63,896 nucleotides of DNA, filler included, from Choristocarpus tenellus KU-1152 (GCA_964200185.2; 12 parts of 12 records of this genome joined end to end with filler, not necessarily neighbours in it), one strand, 5' to 3'. Positions 39,204 to 52,950 are shown, counted from the whole stretch's first letter. A program made the numbers and translations. The notes: generated by a model not told the origin, from the sequence alone.

Positions 39204-39482
39204 TATTTACCATCATTCTATATCATGTGTACCACATTATTATAGAGAAGGCTCAATTGGGAACCAGCCTAATGCTACTGTGGATGCTAAACATGAAGAT
39301 TTGAAGGAAGGCTGTTTAATTATCCTGAGTTTACTTTTAACAGCCAATCACCAAAATTGAGGATGGAGCTTTTTATGGAGGATGAGTTTGACCCAAAATG
39401 GTGCGTGGAAAGTACCCGTATGTTTTTTTTGTAAATTTTCCGGCACTTTTGAAGGGCCCCACTACGAATGGGATTATTTTTG

Positions 39483-39520
39483 GACCCAAAGTATCTGGGA
39501 GGGGGGGGGGGGTGGTTCAC
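39483..39520 (+). mobile_element. MITE family B end, truncated by a contig break
   Basis: GACCCAAAGTATCTGGGAGGGG running into the gap. Confidence 0.6.
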
Positions 39521-39620
39521 NNNNNNNNNNNNNNNNNNNNNNNNNNNNNNNNNNNNNNNNNNNNTTAATTAATTAANNNNNNNNNNNNNNNNNNNNNNNN
39601 NNNNNNNNNNNNNNNNNNNN

Positions 39621-39777
39621 GGGGGAGGTCTACACCAGCATGTCCATTTGGACCAAAACCAGGAAAAGTGCACTTTCATTATCCATTCAACGTATGCAAC
39701 CAAATCACCCAAAAATCGAGACATGAAAAAATTGGTCCCAAATTTACAGCCGCCACCCTCCCCAGATACTTTGACCC
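39621..39777 (-). mobile_element. MITE family B copy (reverse), truncated by a contig break
   Basis: ...ACAGCCGCCACCCTCCCCAGATACTTTGACCC. Confidence 0.75.
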
Positions 39778-42700
39778 AGAAGTTCAGAAGAATTAAAGGC
39801 ACGAAATTGCCCGTCAAAGAGTTTTGGTCCAAAGAAGTAGATACTTTTTGTGTATCTGTAAAAAAAGTAAAATTATCTATGTAAAGCAATCAGTTCAAAA
39901 TAACCATTGCCGAACTTCTTCCCTCTTCCATGCACAGGACGGCGTGGATATTAGTGCTAATTCACCACAAAAAGTAGTCATGCACAGAGTACATTCGGAG
40001 TACAACAAAAGCACTCTACATTGTGCACCATATATACTATACGACATCCTACCCCTAACGATTCTATTTCCTCCACAGACTTACCCCCTCTAAACATATT
40101 TGCGCTGCTATCAAACACATTACGACATCCAGAAAAAAAAAAACACAATTCGACGTACTATATCTGCAGCGTATTCTTCTGAGTAACATATAGTGATGGA
40201 AAGAAAGGCATAACAAAATCTTACTACTACCTTGATTGTGCTTGGCAAAGGGATATCCCCACCGTTTTTAGTATTATTGGTGAGGCAAGCTGAGTAAATC
40301 TTGATTGCCCACCTCCCTGTTCCAATCCCAAAAGGTTGAGCTGTAGAACAAAACCGCCCGCTCATGAATTGAACAAATACCAAAAATGATCACGGATCTT
40401 CCAGGCTGAAGAATCTCCCTTGGTTTTCGGGTGTTCTGTTAAAGCCTTCAACATGGTCGAGTACATAAAGAGAAGTCGATTGGTTACGCCTTGTATCCTC
40501 AGCACTCAACATAATAAAATAGTCAAATCGTGCCCTATCTCACACAGCTTAAGTACATTCAGTGGCCACTGTTTACAATCACACTTTACTTATCCCACTT
40601 GTTTGGTGCAAAAGATAAACAACTGATTGCGATTCACTCACGCTTTGGTTACTTCTTGGGACAAAAAGTGGGGCTCACAGGAAGAGGTTTTGTGTACTTC
40701 TCCTGCCACCCTCCAGTAGAGAATAATATCTGTAGGCTAAGCAGAGTGTAAGACGCCCCGTTGAGCTGCTGAAGCAGGTACCTGACTATGTCAGTGCGTT
40801 TTGTTCACATGTACAGACCCAGATCGTTGAGTATAGTGAAAAAAAACGATGCATGCATTTAAACTGCCTGTCACCTCTATCCCCCCTCTAACACCCATTC
40901 AGTCATATATTCCATCCCCCAGCTCCCTCAGAAATGGAGCTGGATATAGGTAGAACAGGGAAAACGGGCATCACACCAGACCTCGACAGGTGCCTGTCAC
41001 TAGCACGCCTATGTGTGCCTGTATTGGATGATAATGACCCCGGGGAAGTGGTGGTGAAGACCGAGTACATTGCTGGAGTGTATGCTATCACAACATTGGA
41101 AGATTGCGATGAAGAAGAAGATACCCCAAGGGGTCGGCACGGAAGGCCCTGAAGGTGGTACATCGCCTGCCCAGTGTTGTTGTTACCTCTACTCGGGACC
41201 TGTCAGTTTAGTTGTGTTCAGGTTGCCAAAGGTTGTAAAGGGAAATGAGAACAGGTGAATAGGGAAATGTGATAATGCAGAGATCAACTTCGTATAGTAT
41301 GTGGGTGATTTGTAAGTATTCCTTAGTACAACACTCCTCGAAGTATTTCTTTGTTTTTGTCCTCTTCAACACCTTCCTGAGCATGGATAGATGTATTGGG
41401 GATCTACAGAGTAGCTCAAAATGTGGGCCATTTCTTGGTCTTGCTAGTATTCAAAAGACAACATGTCTATCTCTGCTGATACGAAAAAAAATACTACTAC
41501 TGGAGATGGATATGTCGCATGCTTCCGAAGCACTTTTGAAGTTTGGCGTACTCCCAAGGATTTGCTATTGTGTTCCTTCATACGATTTGACACTTTCACC
41601 TGCACGTTGGCCCGGTTGCTTCCAGACAATACCTCTGTACCCAGGCTGACGCCCCCCCCCATGGAGTTGGACTGCTTGGAGATGGGAAATGGTACCCGGG
41701 TATTGCTGACACCACTCCATGACAATTACAGGGAGAACAGGAGGAGTATTGGGCAAAGCAGGGCCAGGATCCGCGTTAGAAATTATATCTAGTACTATTT
41801 CGAACTGGTCGCACCACTGTCACATGTTTCTCTGGATAAGCTAAGCCTTCAGAGTTCGTTAAGAACTTAATACAATAGTGTTATGGGAAAGCAGTGTGCA
41901 GTGAAGCTCGAAGTATTCGGACTTGTAGCGTTGACTAATTTATAGAGGGCACTTACATCGTTTCCTCATAATGTGCTTATGTTTAAGAGCATAATAATAT
42001 GTAAACATAGCTAGGTTGGAGGCGCAGGAAGGCTGTGGTACAGCATAGGTGGGAGTAAAATAGCAAATAGATTCATGTTTTTCCCATTTATGACAACTGT
42101 TACTTTTTGAGGGATTTTTCTGACATATGAATGACTTTCATTGGTTTTTCCCCTGACATGTCTCCAAAATGTCAGAGGGCATAATAATAAAAATATATAC
42201 AAATATATATTAATGTTTATCTTGAATAGGTATCTTTGAATTGACGACATACTTTCCAACTACCCCAAAGAATACGTACAGTTTCTTATTGATTGTGACA
42301 TCTACTACTGTTGTAAATTCCCCGCTTTTCTCTTCGTCCTCTATTCCGACCTGTGAGCCAGTCCACCACCAACGGCCAACCGCTGCCGAATGCCATGGAA
42401 GCTTGAAGGGTAGACTGGGGGTAGAAAGAGTGGTGGTGGCTGAGGTGAGCATGTTGAGGTGGCTCCCTTCCATGGTTTGATCCTGGTAGAAGTGAGGGTG
42501 GAGGGATTGGAAGTTTTCTTCTGTGGTTACAGATATCACAAAGGAAGTACTTTGGATTTGAAAAATACACATCATGAAATGACTACAAATACTTTGGGGT
42601 TCAACGTATGCTGCAGAAAGTAGTATGAGGTGCTACAAAGTGTATACTCCAGTGAACATTTGCAACACTTCAGCTGTATTGTATGTGGCATGTTGTGCAC

Positions 42701-42974
42701 AGCATCTAAGCTCTTTGGGTCGCCAACGGGAAGATGTGCAAAATCGATTAATATAGCCGGCACACATGAAGAAATTGATAGCTATACAACAGCGCACATG
42801 AGATGATTGGTAGCATAAGGCAAAACCCAAAATACCAACCCCAAGTTTTGACAAGATCATACCACCTCATCGACCAAGATTTATTGCACTGATGCACCAT
42901 TTATGTGGCCTGCAAAATAGTACACAAGGGCTCACCTATTGTGTTATGGCGAATAGTACAAGCATTTCTTCTCG

Positions 42975-43378
42975 TGTTCGAGCAAGCGCGAGCAGTATAC
43001 GAGGTTTGTAGCAAACAGGTGACCTTACAGAATAAATCATGATTTCTTAGAAGTTATAGGGAAGATTTGTAATTTAAGTACGTATACAACGGCTGGCAGA
43101 TGTCCTTCAATTTGTAGTCTGTAGAATTCGGGTGCATGACGCAAATAAAGAATACTTTGACTGCCACCAAAGTACGTCTTGATGCACTCTATATTTCTCG
43201 ATTAAAATACACATTAGTCGAGCTTTGAGCTAAGTACTAAGTGAAGCATCGAGAGAAGAGTGGCTGACACCCGCGTGTGGCTATCAACTGTGGAAATACT
43301 CCTGTAGCATCGTTTTAAGATCGTTGGATTAGAGTTACACATCCTGTGGAGTGAGTTCTGGAGCATGTGGTAACATTT
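42975..43378 (-). repeat. Unclassified interspersed repeat, homologous to 31390-31835
   Basis: The reverse complement aligns by eye to 31390-31835; the similarity stops at the family A MITE at 43388. Confidence 0.7.
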
Positions 43379-43387
43379 GCTGGGACA

Positions 43388-43647
43388 AAGTGAAAGTATA
43401 TCTTAGAGGGTACAAGTTTTTTCCTCTTTGTCCATTCGGGGCTTGGCCTCCCACGGGATTTCAATGGCTTTTTACGTACTCCAAAATATTTCGGAGTACG
43501 TAAATGTGTACGTTATGAAAAGGTGTGTTCAGAACAAGGATATTGATATCTCCTAACAAACATGATAGCCAAAATTACATCAAAATTGCAACATTAGATT
43601 TTGGCCTCCAAATGGACGCAGCTCTACCCTCTAAGATACTTTGACTC
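43388..43647 (-). mobile_element. MITE family A copy (reverse)
   Basis: AGTGAAAGTATATCTTAGAGGGTA...TACCCTCTAAGATACTTTGACTC, with AAA adjacent at both ends. Confidence 0.85.
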
Positions 43648-46600
43648 AAAGTTTTGATACCAGGGAAGACCCTGCTGGCATTTGGAAATCATCATGGTTG
43701 CTTTGTGGCGTCGAGTGTGAATACTAATAGTCTCCAGGAGGTTAAGTTTGTCTCTATCCTAACTTCGAGCCACTTCATAGTTCCCTCAGTCTCTAAAGAA
43801 TTAAATTTTGTCAGCTTTTCGAGTTTTGTGCTGCAACTTTCCATCGAGTTTGAATTGAGGGCTAAAAGCTGGCAGAGTAGGGTCTGTTGTCCATATCGAC
43901 GACTTTCTGTCATAACATATGTACTTGAAAGCACATGTGTATGCGGCCTTGATGTAGGGGGGGGAGTCGCCAAGAACGAAAAAAAAGGTGTCGCATCTAC
44001 ACAACCCGTTGGCATAGTAAAGGATAGACAAATCTAATGTCTAAGGTATTCCTATTTATAAAGTGCGCAATGTTGGACATACTCTCCTTCAGTCCTACCT
44101 ATATACAGGGGAACACTGTACTCTTGGAGACATTGGAATGATATTATTGGGAAGAGAATTAAGCGTTTACAAACAGGCATAGAATCTACTCTCTTCACCT
44201 CCCAACATTTGACTCATGTACGGATATTTAATACAGCGTTGATTAAACGACTACAGATATATAATTCGAGGATGTGATTGAGTGTATAAGAGAGATAAAG
44301 ATTGAGAAGAAATAAGAAGGTGATGGTGTGGCGATGAAGTGGGAAGAAATAGATTACGTGGGAGAGGGGATTTGGTGTTGGGAGGGTGTTGCACCTGCTG
44401 GCAGGCTGGAGGGACAATGACCGACCACTAGGCAAACCCTCCGTAGATCTCTTTGTCCCAGGTCCAGACTGGAGGGGGTGCTTGCGGCTACGACTGGGAG
44501 CTCTCTGCCAAAGTGAGCCACACTCACACTCAGGGCACACATTCTGCTCGTTGTTGTCTATATTCGTGCAGCAGAGAGGCAAGGTTCGTGGTGCGATGGA
44601 ACAGAGTGTGACTGGTTGTTAGGGAGATCAAGTTCGCATGTGGGAAGTGGGCAGGGTAAATGGGAGGAGCAACGCTTGGAAGTCAGTCAAATCACATTCT
44701 CTCAACATATAAATCTACTAACACTCTGTAGTACCTATAAAGTGGATCAAAGTGCCAGAGTACTAGGATAGTCCTCTTTTCTTTGAAAAAGGTAGAAAGT
44801 TATGAACATGTTTGATTGAACTATTATAGTGCCCATCCCTGCCACATTTGTAAGTGATGCGTTGATAGTTTAGCTGGGGTGGTGTAATCTAGGTTTAAGA
44901 GAATGCGGAACCTTGTCATTTGACGGATTTTTTCTACCATACTCGGAAGTGAATCATGTGGTGAAGTTAGCTTTGAGATCGCAACTAACTGTCGATCCTT
45001 ACATTGTTGCTGGCTCTATACGTTGCGAATCAGGAAACAAAGTCAGATTGTTACTAAGCCGGCCCAGTCTTGATCAATTCGAGTGTGTGCCTGCTTTTGG
45101 TGCAATGGTAAGCATTTGGCCTTTACAACTTTAACAAGAACAGAAACGATTCAGAGTTGGAGGAATCCTAGCCTGGAGAGAGTTAAACGAAGGGTAGAAA
45201 ATACCTCAGCCGGGTTCGACAACATTGAGGGCAACCTGAACCTGGTACTTCGTACTATAATGGAATGCACTCTAGAGTATTGACGATGGCGGTTGTGGAA
45301 ACAAATTATCTCTACCAATCCACAACCACAAATCAACCACATACACATACAGACCCCCATGCGTATAGGTGCACACACCCTCAATTTGCGGAATGGGGTA
45401 CTCGTTTGGAAGGAAGGACTGGCCCTTTGCAAGAGAAGCAAAGATGCTCAGCCTGTCGCTGCTGTCCCTTGTCCGCCATGGATATGGTGCCTCCTTCACA
45501 GGTAAATAATCTTTTCCACTACTGGCATCCCTCACTGTATCCCCAGTCCCAGCTTGATTAGTAAGACCAACCTCACACTCAAGATTGCCAGAGTTCTTGC
45601 TTGAGATATCAGCAACTTTCTGCCCATTGATACCTGATGAGTCTTCACGGGGCACAATACCCTTTATCTCAATGATAGAGGACACCAAGGAGTACCAAAG
45701 CCGGTACACAGCCCTGAGCCACGAGGCAGACGATGATGTGTGTATTATTAACATATGGTTGTGAAGGACAAGTATAAGAATGGAGGGTCACTTTGGAAGG
45801 AGGCTACTATTCAGGAGGAGCTAACCATGGAATCCATCATTCCTTCTGCAGGCAGATTCAAGTATATACCGTGTGCAAACCTGTCAGTGGGGTCGGCACT
45901 GTCCAGCATGCCAGGGTCCATGTCATAGTGTGCAGATATAGAGGGGAACTGTGAGGTAGGGGAAGATGGACAGGATAGTAGCGGGGAGGGGGGGGTCGGC
46001 ATGTAGGAGTACACCACAGATAACACGCAAGGAAATACTGGCAGAACGTTGTTGAGACCATATCATAGCCTGGATGCACAAAAGGGTTCATCCTAAAACG
46101 CAGTAATTCAAATTGTCTGCTTGGAAATATCAGACTAGAGATGTGTTCCAGCAACATTTTGACCTTTGGGTCAGATGGATAAATAAGCATTATTGTGTGA
46201 CTGTGTGATGTGTAGAAATCTTTTGATGTAGAGGAGAAAAAAATCCGGAATATCTGCATCAGCCCTAACTCTACCCGAAGGATGCTGTGTCCACCATATA
46301 TGTACAGATGAAGACCAAGACCTCTTCAAGAATTCTGCCTTGTGAAAATGTATTATCGTGCCAGTTTCTCGCAGTTTCTCATATTCTGAGTGGCAGGAAA
46401 GATCGTACTGTACAAGCTGAAGACTAATCTTGTGTTCACAAAAACTGTTAAGTAGGATATATTTTGGCAGTAGGGACAGGAGAGTACCTCTTGCACTTTA
46501 ATGATATTTGGCCCCATACAAATACTCCAAAACAGTTTACAAAAGCACAACATTAATTCTTCTCCCAGTCTTGATGCACGACTCCATATGATGTATAAAG

Positions 46601-47002
46601 GTTCCAATAACAAAATGGTGATGTCTCTTCCTCTGAAGTTTGACGGGTTTTTTATCTATATTGCTCTTTTCTGAAGGTTAGTCATCCAGAAACAATTTTC
46701 TCAGTGTAAGCCCCCTTTTCTTCAGAATATGTAAAGGATGACGTTGTGCACTGCACCGCTAGTATAATTCTGATTTGGGTTATTCTTCTGCTGAACTTTG
46801 AGATATCTTCTACATTGTGCTGGATTATAGATTTGTGCTGACTCAGTACAGGTCATCAGTGCTGTTGATCCTGCATATTCTTGGTAACTTTCATAGGAAA
46901 ATATTAAATGATAGGTCCTACGTCCAGGGATATGGAATACATAGTACTCTGGAATACATGTCCTACATCTCTGTACATGGTCCTGTACAAAGGTATTTTA
47001 TG

Positions 47003-47169
47003 GACTCAAAGTATGTGGGGGAGAGTGGCAGATATCCATTCGGGGCCATTTTTTTCATGCCGCGATTATTGGGTGAATTGGTTGCATACGTCGGATGGAT
47101 AATGTAAGTGCACATTTCCTGGTTATAGCCCAAATGGACATCCTGGTGTAGACCCCCTCCCCCCCCCCC
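47003..47169 (+). mobile_element. MITE family B copy, truncated by a contig break
   Basis: GACTCAAAGTATGTGGGG...CCAAATGGACATCCTGGTGTAGACCCC-polyC. Confidence 0.75.
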
Positions 47170-47942
47170 NNNNNNNNNNNNNNNNNNNNNNNNNNNNNNN
47201 NNNNNNNNNNNNNTTAATTAATTAANNNNNNNNNNNNNNNNNNNNNNNNNNNNNNNNNNNNNNNNNNNNACATATAAAATGTGTACCACTCATGCGCCTG
47301 ATGCTACACCAATACACTCTTCGCGCCTACCGTTTGCCTGTAGCCGTGGCTGAATCCGCCGCTGTTCTTCAGGGAATCGAGAGCGGCCTCGCGGTTGGCA
47401 TCCCGAGCACTGTGAACGTGTGTACAGCCTGAAATCGAACTTACCCTGTGTGTCGGTTGAGAGGGAATTTTCGAAGAGAGGTCAAGGTCAAGAGATGTCA
47501 CACATTCTTTGCAGGGTGTAGATGGATTTCGTCATATCATAGAGTAGCACAGTGTCTGTCTAAACTTTATAATTCAGGTATCAAGTCCACATACCATAAG
47601 AATAAACGACCCATCATGGTTTGCCTCCCGTAAATGGAAAGCGAATCTGTCATGGCTAGCCGCGGTTGGGTGGATGGCAAATTGGGTTGAGATATTGACA
47701 GGTTGCGATCCATTCGTGAGTAGTTTTTTCCATTGTGCATGTGAGGTTGTGGGTTCATCGATGGTGCGTTGTTAACATAGCATACTCGAACGTTCTCTTA
47801 CTGACATGCTTGTATGTGTGCTGCACTTACATCGTTTGTGTCCCTTCTCTTGTGATCCTGCCACACACCGCACAAAACTTTCTCGAATTCATCAGTTCCT
47901 GATGGCAGAGTGACGAGGTCGGCGAATGAGGGATTGGTACAG

Positions 47943-49050
47943 TTAGATGAAGATGTTGTGGTTATTGGTGTGGACCATATTACAAATACCAAAATCATCT
48001 ATGCTTTTAGCCTTACCTTCGTCAGCACATATCTGGGCCAGAGACGCGATCGCGTTGTAAAATTGATTCGTGGTATCTTGACTGGCAGTGTCCAGTCCAC
48101 TCTCGAGGTTGGTGTCGACCCATGCCTCTTTCAGGAATGCCATAATCTTCGTCGCGACAATTTTCTTAGTCGCAACCTTGAAGGCGGCGTCACTGTCCTC
48201 GAAATTTAGCTTTCCGAGGGAGTATTGTTTGCAGAGTCTCACAAGTTCATTGCGCCTATTGGACTTGACCTCGCTTTGGTTTGCCTTTTTTTCAGTGGTG
48301 CTCAGGATGGGATGTACACTTCCGAATTCTGCCCGGAAGTCCTTCATGGCCCTTAACCATGACACCATCCTGGGGAAGACGTCCACCACGTTGGGGACAT
48401 GGGACTTGCTGGACTGGACCCCACATCGGATAGAGATGGACTCCGCCTTCTCCCTGTCGCAACATGGGTACACGTGCCATGCAATGTGGGCGCCACGCGC
48501 TTGCAGATTCTTCAGTACTGTGTTGGCCCAAGCTTGGTCAATGAAGTCCGGAAGGTTTATCGCTATCGGTAATTTGCCCTTGAACCGTATGCTGTTTAGA
48601 ATCTTGAGCAGTATTAACCGATGCTGCCCATTTAGGCAATAGAATATGTTGCCGGGGTCCGAAGGGTTGCGCCTCTTCCCCACCTTGTCCTTCGTCATGA
48701 GTTCCTTGGCGATGTAAATCTTGATAAGCCCACTGTTGGGGAGATTCGCCGAAAGACCTTGCTCCAACATGTACTCCCTTATCTCGGCCTCGGTCTTCAA
48801 GCGTGAACAAATGTCGAAGGATTGCGAACCTAGGATTCCCCATACCACCTCTGCTGCATTATTTGTATCCCTCGTCACTTTGTCCAACATTGCTGCAACT
48901 CTGGTGCCATCAAGTAGATTGGCATTATTGTCTTGCGATAGGAATCTCGATTTGGCCAAGTAAGTTGCTTTGGCTATACATAGTTTGAAGACGCATATTT
49001 GCGCAGTCCGATGGTTCGTTTCTTCACTGGCAGGTTTACACGTAGTCCTT
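47943..49050 (-). CDS. Uninterrupted ~370-codon reading frame with a ParB/Srx-like (DGQHR-type) motif; function unknown
   Basis: Longest ORF in the window (338 aa in the track; the frame stays open upstream to about 49050). It contains IFYCLNGQHRLILLK and, downstream, HIAWHVY. The true start and end are uncertain. Confidence 0.6.
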
Positions 49051-50548
49051 CATGTGATGTAGGGTTTCGTGAAACATGTCATCGAAAGAGAGGAGTTTGC
49101 GGGAAACGGATTTCAGTGGAGTGTGCAGGTGGTATGTTTTGCACGATTGGGTGTTGAACATGGTGAGGTAGGGACGATGAAATGGCGATGTAACAGGTGT
49201 TAATCGAACGAGCAGGCACTTGAGTGGTTAGCCTTGAATGATGCGTGTTTTGCAAGGTGAAAATGATGTCTATGCTGCGTTGCATATGAGAACGTGCTTG
49301 GTTCGAAGTTGAGGTGTGTTTGATTGTGTCCGAAACAAATCGATAGGCAGGAACTTAAAATTATAAATTGTTCAGCGGTGGAAATAAAAAGTTTCTTGAT
49401 TTACGAATTACTTTCGTTTTATGTTTTTTTTATTATAAGATGAATTCCGATGCCGAACGACACTGGTTTAAAAAAGGGGGTAGTCTATATTCGATCTGTG
49501 ACAGGAATTTTTTTTTATGAATCGTTAAGGTGCGTAAATTGAATGTTTGTTGATTGACGAATTCATCTGTTTGATGCGCTTTTCGTATAAGTCGGATGCT
49601 GAATGAAGATGTGAGAAATAGGGTAGTTTGTATTCGATTCGTGATAGCAAACAAAAAACCCAGAAGATTACTGTTGGACCATCAAACTTTACTCCAAAAA
49701 ATGTACCATGACAAGAAAGAAGTACGTGAAAAGATAATCGACAAAAGAGGAATATCGATAACAAATAATTGTTTTCATCCACGTCATATGCGAAATAGAA
49801 ATGTTCGGATGGAAAGCGTCGTTGAGGTATTTCCTTTGGAATACACATCATTGGTGTAGATATCGAACGTGTCGGAGAAAATTGGAAGGTCGTGCCAAGA
49901 AGAATGCGTGGAGGAGTGCTTAGGTGGTGGGTGATCGGAGCTAGCAAGGGATAGTGGTTTTTGTCGTATATAAATATGATGTCGAAAGTGAGGTATTGGT
50001 TTGGTGCAATACTTTCAACAAATGATTACATTCGGACAAAGCAGATATACAGAGTATGGTATATTTCGTCATGGACAACACGTTAAGACGGGCAGATGAA
50101 TAATCGGGGAGGTGACAAGGATTGGAAACAGGAGATATTGGTTTCTTTTCTATTGGGAATACTGAAACGAAGTTCGAAATACCGAATGTCAAGATGCTAT
50201 GCTTGAATGAAACGACTATTGAATGAAAAAAACACGGGGTGTCATGCCTGTTCCTTGTTCACCAACATTTCCTAACGGGGGGCGAACTGCTTCAGGATGT
50301 CAGGTGGATTGAGTACGCCTAAACAGCGAGAGGTATAATGAAATGTATATTTCGCATGGGTGGCATCTACTTGAAATAAATAAAAATTTGGAATGGTAAA
50401 AAGCGGGCAATTCCCCTGTGTCTTTAACAACATGACAGAACGGGCAGTGAACTGCTACGGTAACTGACAAGAACTACCTAGTGAGGAGTGTCGAGTATTA
50501 TCTTTGTGAACTCTCGAAATGATGGCAAAACCTCGGAAAGGTTGAGGG

Positions 50549-50719
50549 GACTCAAAGTATCTAGGGGGGGGGGAAGGCTGTCATTCAGGGTCAATTTTTT
50601 CATGTCGCGATTTTTGGGGGATTTGATTGCATACGTCGGATGGACAATGTAAATGCACTTTTCCTTATTTTGACCCAAATGGACACCCTGGTGTAAACCT
50701 TCCCCCCCCCCCCCCCACA
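50549..50719 (+). mobile_element. MITE family B copy, truncated by a contig break
   Basis: GACTCAAAGTATCTAGGGG...CCAAATGGACACCCTGGTGTAAACC-polyC. Confidence 0.75.
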
Positions 50720-50819
50720 NNNNNNNNNNNNNNNNNNNNNNNNNNNNNNNNNNNNNNNNNNNNTTAATTAATTAANNNNNNNNNNNNNNNNNNNNNNNNN
50801 NNNNNNNNNNNNNNNNNNN

Positions 50820-50991
50820 AGCTGCAGCAGGGGAGTATGTTTGATGCCCTGGCCTTTTCAACCTTCCTAAATGCAGCCCTCATCATGTCTATTTTGTCTC
50901 CTGCCGGGGCAGCCTTGACCCTGCCAGCCAGAGCTTCCTGGGCACTGGCAGGCGTGTTTGGCTTGCGACTGCCACTTGGACTCTTCAAGGT
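50820..50991 (-). CDS. Possible coding exon fragment of an unknown protein
   Basis: Pyrimidine tract plus CAG acceptor, then an open frame TLKSPSGSRKPNTPASAQEALAGRVKAAPAGDKIDMMRAAFRKVEKA to the contig edge. Confidence 0.3.
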
Positions 50992-52249
50992 CTGGGAAGG
51001 GGATGGGGGGGGGGGGGGAGGGGTAGCTGTGGAAGGGGATGGTGGTGTGATGGGGTCTGGCGGGGGTATAGAAATGTGGTATAAAGCAATGTGGAAGGTT
51101 GGAGATAAGTGGTGGGGGGTGGGGGACGAGTGGGAGGGGGCTTAGGTTTCAGCGAACACATTTCTGATGGTGGTGGGGTGTTGGCTTGCTGAAGTGTGTG
51201 TATTTCTTGGCCTCTTGAGTGAAGTGACGGTGTCTCGCTAGTTGTGGTAATTTAAGTACCTTTGTGTCACAGGCACTGTTTCTGCTTATTCCAAGGGGGG
51301 GCTGATAGGGAAGGGGTGAGTGAGGGTTGGAACCCTTTTGCTCATGACATGCACTCTAGTTTGCTATGTATTAGTGGTGTCTGTTCTTTGTGTGTATATA
51401 CAGGGTTATGGACTTGTGTGTTTTTCGATGTGTGGGAATCTAGAGGTAAAAGGAAGTTCCTATATTGTGCTGATGGATACTGCCTGCGAAATTCTGTGTT
51501 TTTGTTCTATTCACCTGTTGATAACGATTGTTGGTAGATATCATGTACACATTATGTGGGCTCATTGTGATTGGGTTGTTTTAGGCTCCAGAGTTAAGGC
51601 AAGAGGGTGGCATGCACGGACTTGACAAGCACTTAAGAACTTGTTCTCTAGGTTGGTTGTGCGTGTACACCTTAGGGTTGTTCTTCACCGCCCCCTGCCC
51701 CCCTCGTCTGGGACATAGGGTGTATGATTTGAAACTATATGCTTCCACTAGGAGAGAGGCCTACACATCTTGAATGAGCTAGTGGAACCAGCGTTTGAGA
51801 ACAGGTCTTCAGTTTTGCCAGTGGAATAGTGTGTCTATAAAAAGGTCCATTGATGGTATTTTTGTAATCAGCTCTATTGATCAGGATAAATGCACGGCTT
51901 GACACTGCTCTGCTGACGTCTGATTTTTTTTAATCAGCAGAATTGCAGAATTTACTCGGTTAGTTGGCTGCTCACTGGGGGCTATATATGCTTCATATGC
52001 TTCATATGCTTCAATTTGTATTATGCTGAAAATGATCGTTTTTTCCCTTAGCCCTACCCCTATCAATACTGGCATCCTTCCCTCCCCCCTCCGCGTTATT
52101 GTGCTGTTCTGTGCTGCTACCATTTGTGATTGTCAGGTTCGGCAGCAGGACAAGAAGTTTGAAAAGTACGGAGTGAAATAAAGGGCATTGTCAAAAACAA
52201 GGACAGGACTGTAGTATGGCACAAAGCTGACCTTAGCTAGTTTGGGGAA

Positions 52250-52950
52250 ATTAGATATGGAGGGTGGTCAACACAATGCACCAGGTTACTTACTACCAAG
52301 CAAATGATAGACTTGGTCAGTATGGGGGGTTGACCAGAACACCCTATGAAGGCGGTGCTTCATCCTGGATCAATTCTCGGAGGAAGTTGGGTATTAAGGT
52401 TTGTTGAGGTGCAGCAGGCGGGGGTGGATCGCCACCTGTGTCTGCTGGGCCTGGTTGGCTCTGGACTTTTTCTCCTTCCTGTAGATCATGACGAGGGCGT
52501 GAAGGCCTTTGTCCGTGTGATAGACCTGCTGTAAAGAATTGATCTGTGTGTAGTGCTATGTCATGGTCATCGACACCCAGATGGAGAAGTTGTGTAGGGC
52601 CTGCCTATTTTGTCCTTGGGGCTGACCTAGCGAGTGTTAGGTTTGAGATGACTAGTGGCTGAAGATAGATGCGTTGTTGCTGAGGTGCTGGAGGGGGTAG
52701 CTCTGTGTCAGGCTGAAGAGTTGTTTTGTACATCGTGTGAGATGGTTTCTGTTGTCGTGTGGTTGGGGAACCCTTCTTATTGTACATGGGATGAGATAGA
52801 GGCAGTAAGCAATGACCCAAAGTATCTTTTTGCAGCTTACTTTGTGGATAAGATGAACCAGGCTCAATCTGCCATTCGCCCTTCTTTTCCTGTCTTCTAC
52901 GTTTTAGTCATAATGCATTGCACTGGTTTGTGGTAGGAGGTATGCCCTGC
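52250..52950 (-). mobile_element. Possible degenerate CRE-like non-LTR 3' region (zinc knuckle plus restriction-like endonuclease)
   Basis: Frameshifted peptides HDNRNHLTRC, LHLGVDDH..QFFTAG..RPRHDL and RMKHRLH...TDQVYHLL occur in the order expected for CCHC plus RLE domains (recalled pattern). Confidence 0.35.

Noticed and set aside
40934-41792. Protein-like plus-strand ORF fragments (also 44913-46259, 57547-57801 and 62950-63663)
   Set aside because: Possibly decayed element genes, but no recognisable motif or consistent splice model could be built by eye.
48088-48642. 184-aa plus-strand ORF
   Set aside because: It is the antisense shadow of the longer minus-strand frame and has no motif of its own.
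11005-49050. Functional cluster of the carrier, STI1 and the ParB-like ORF
   Set aside because: They sit on different contigs joined by artificial spacers.
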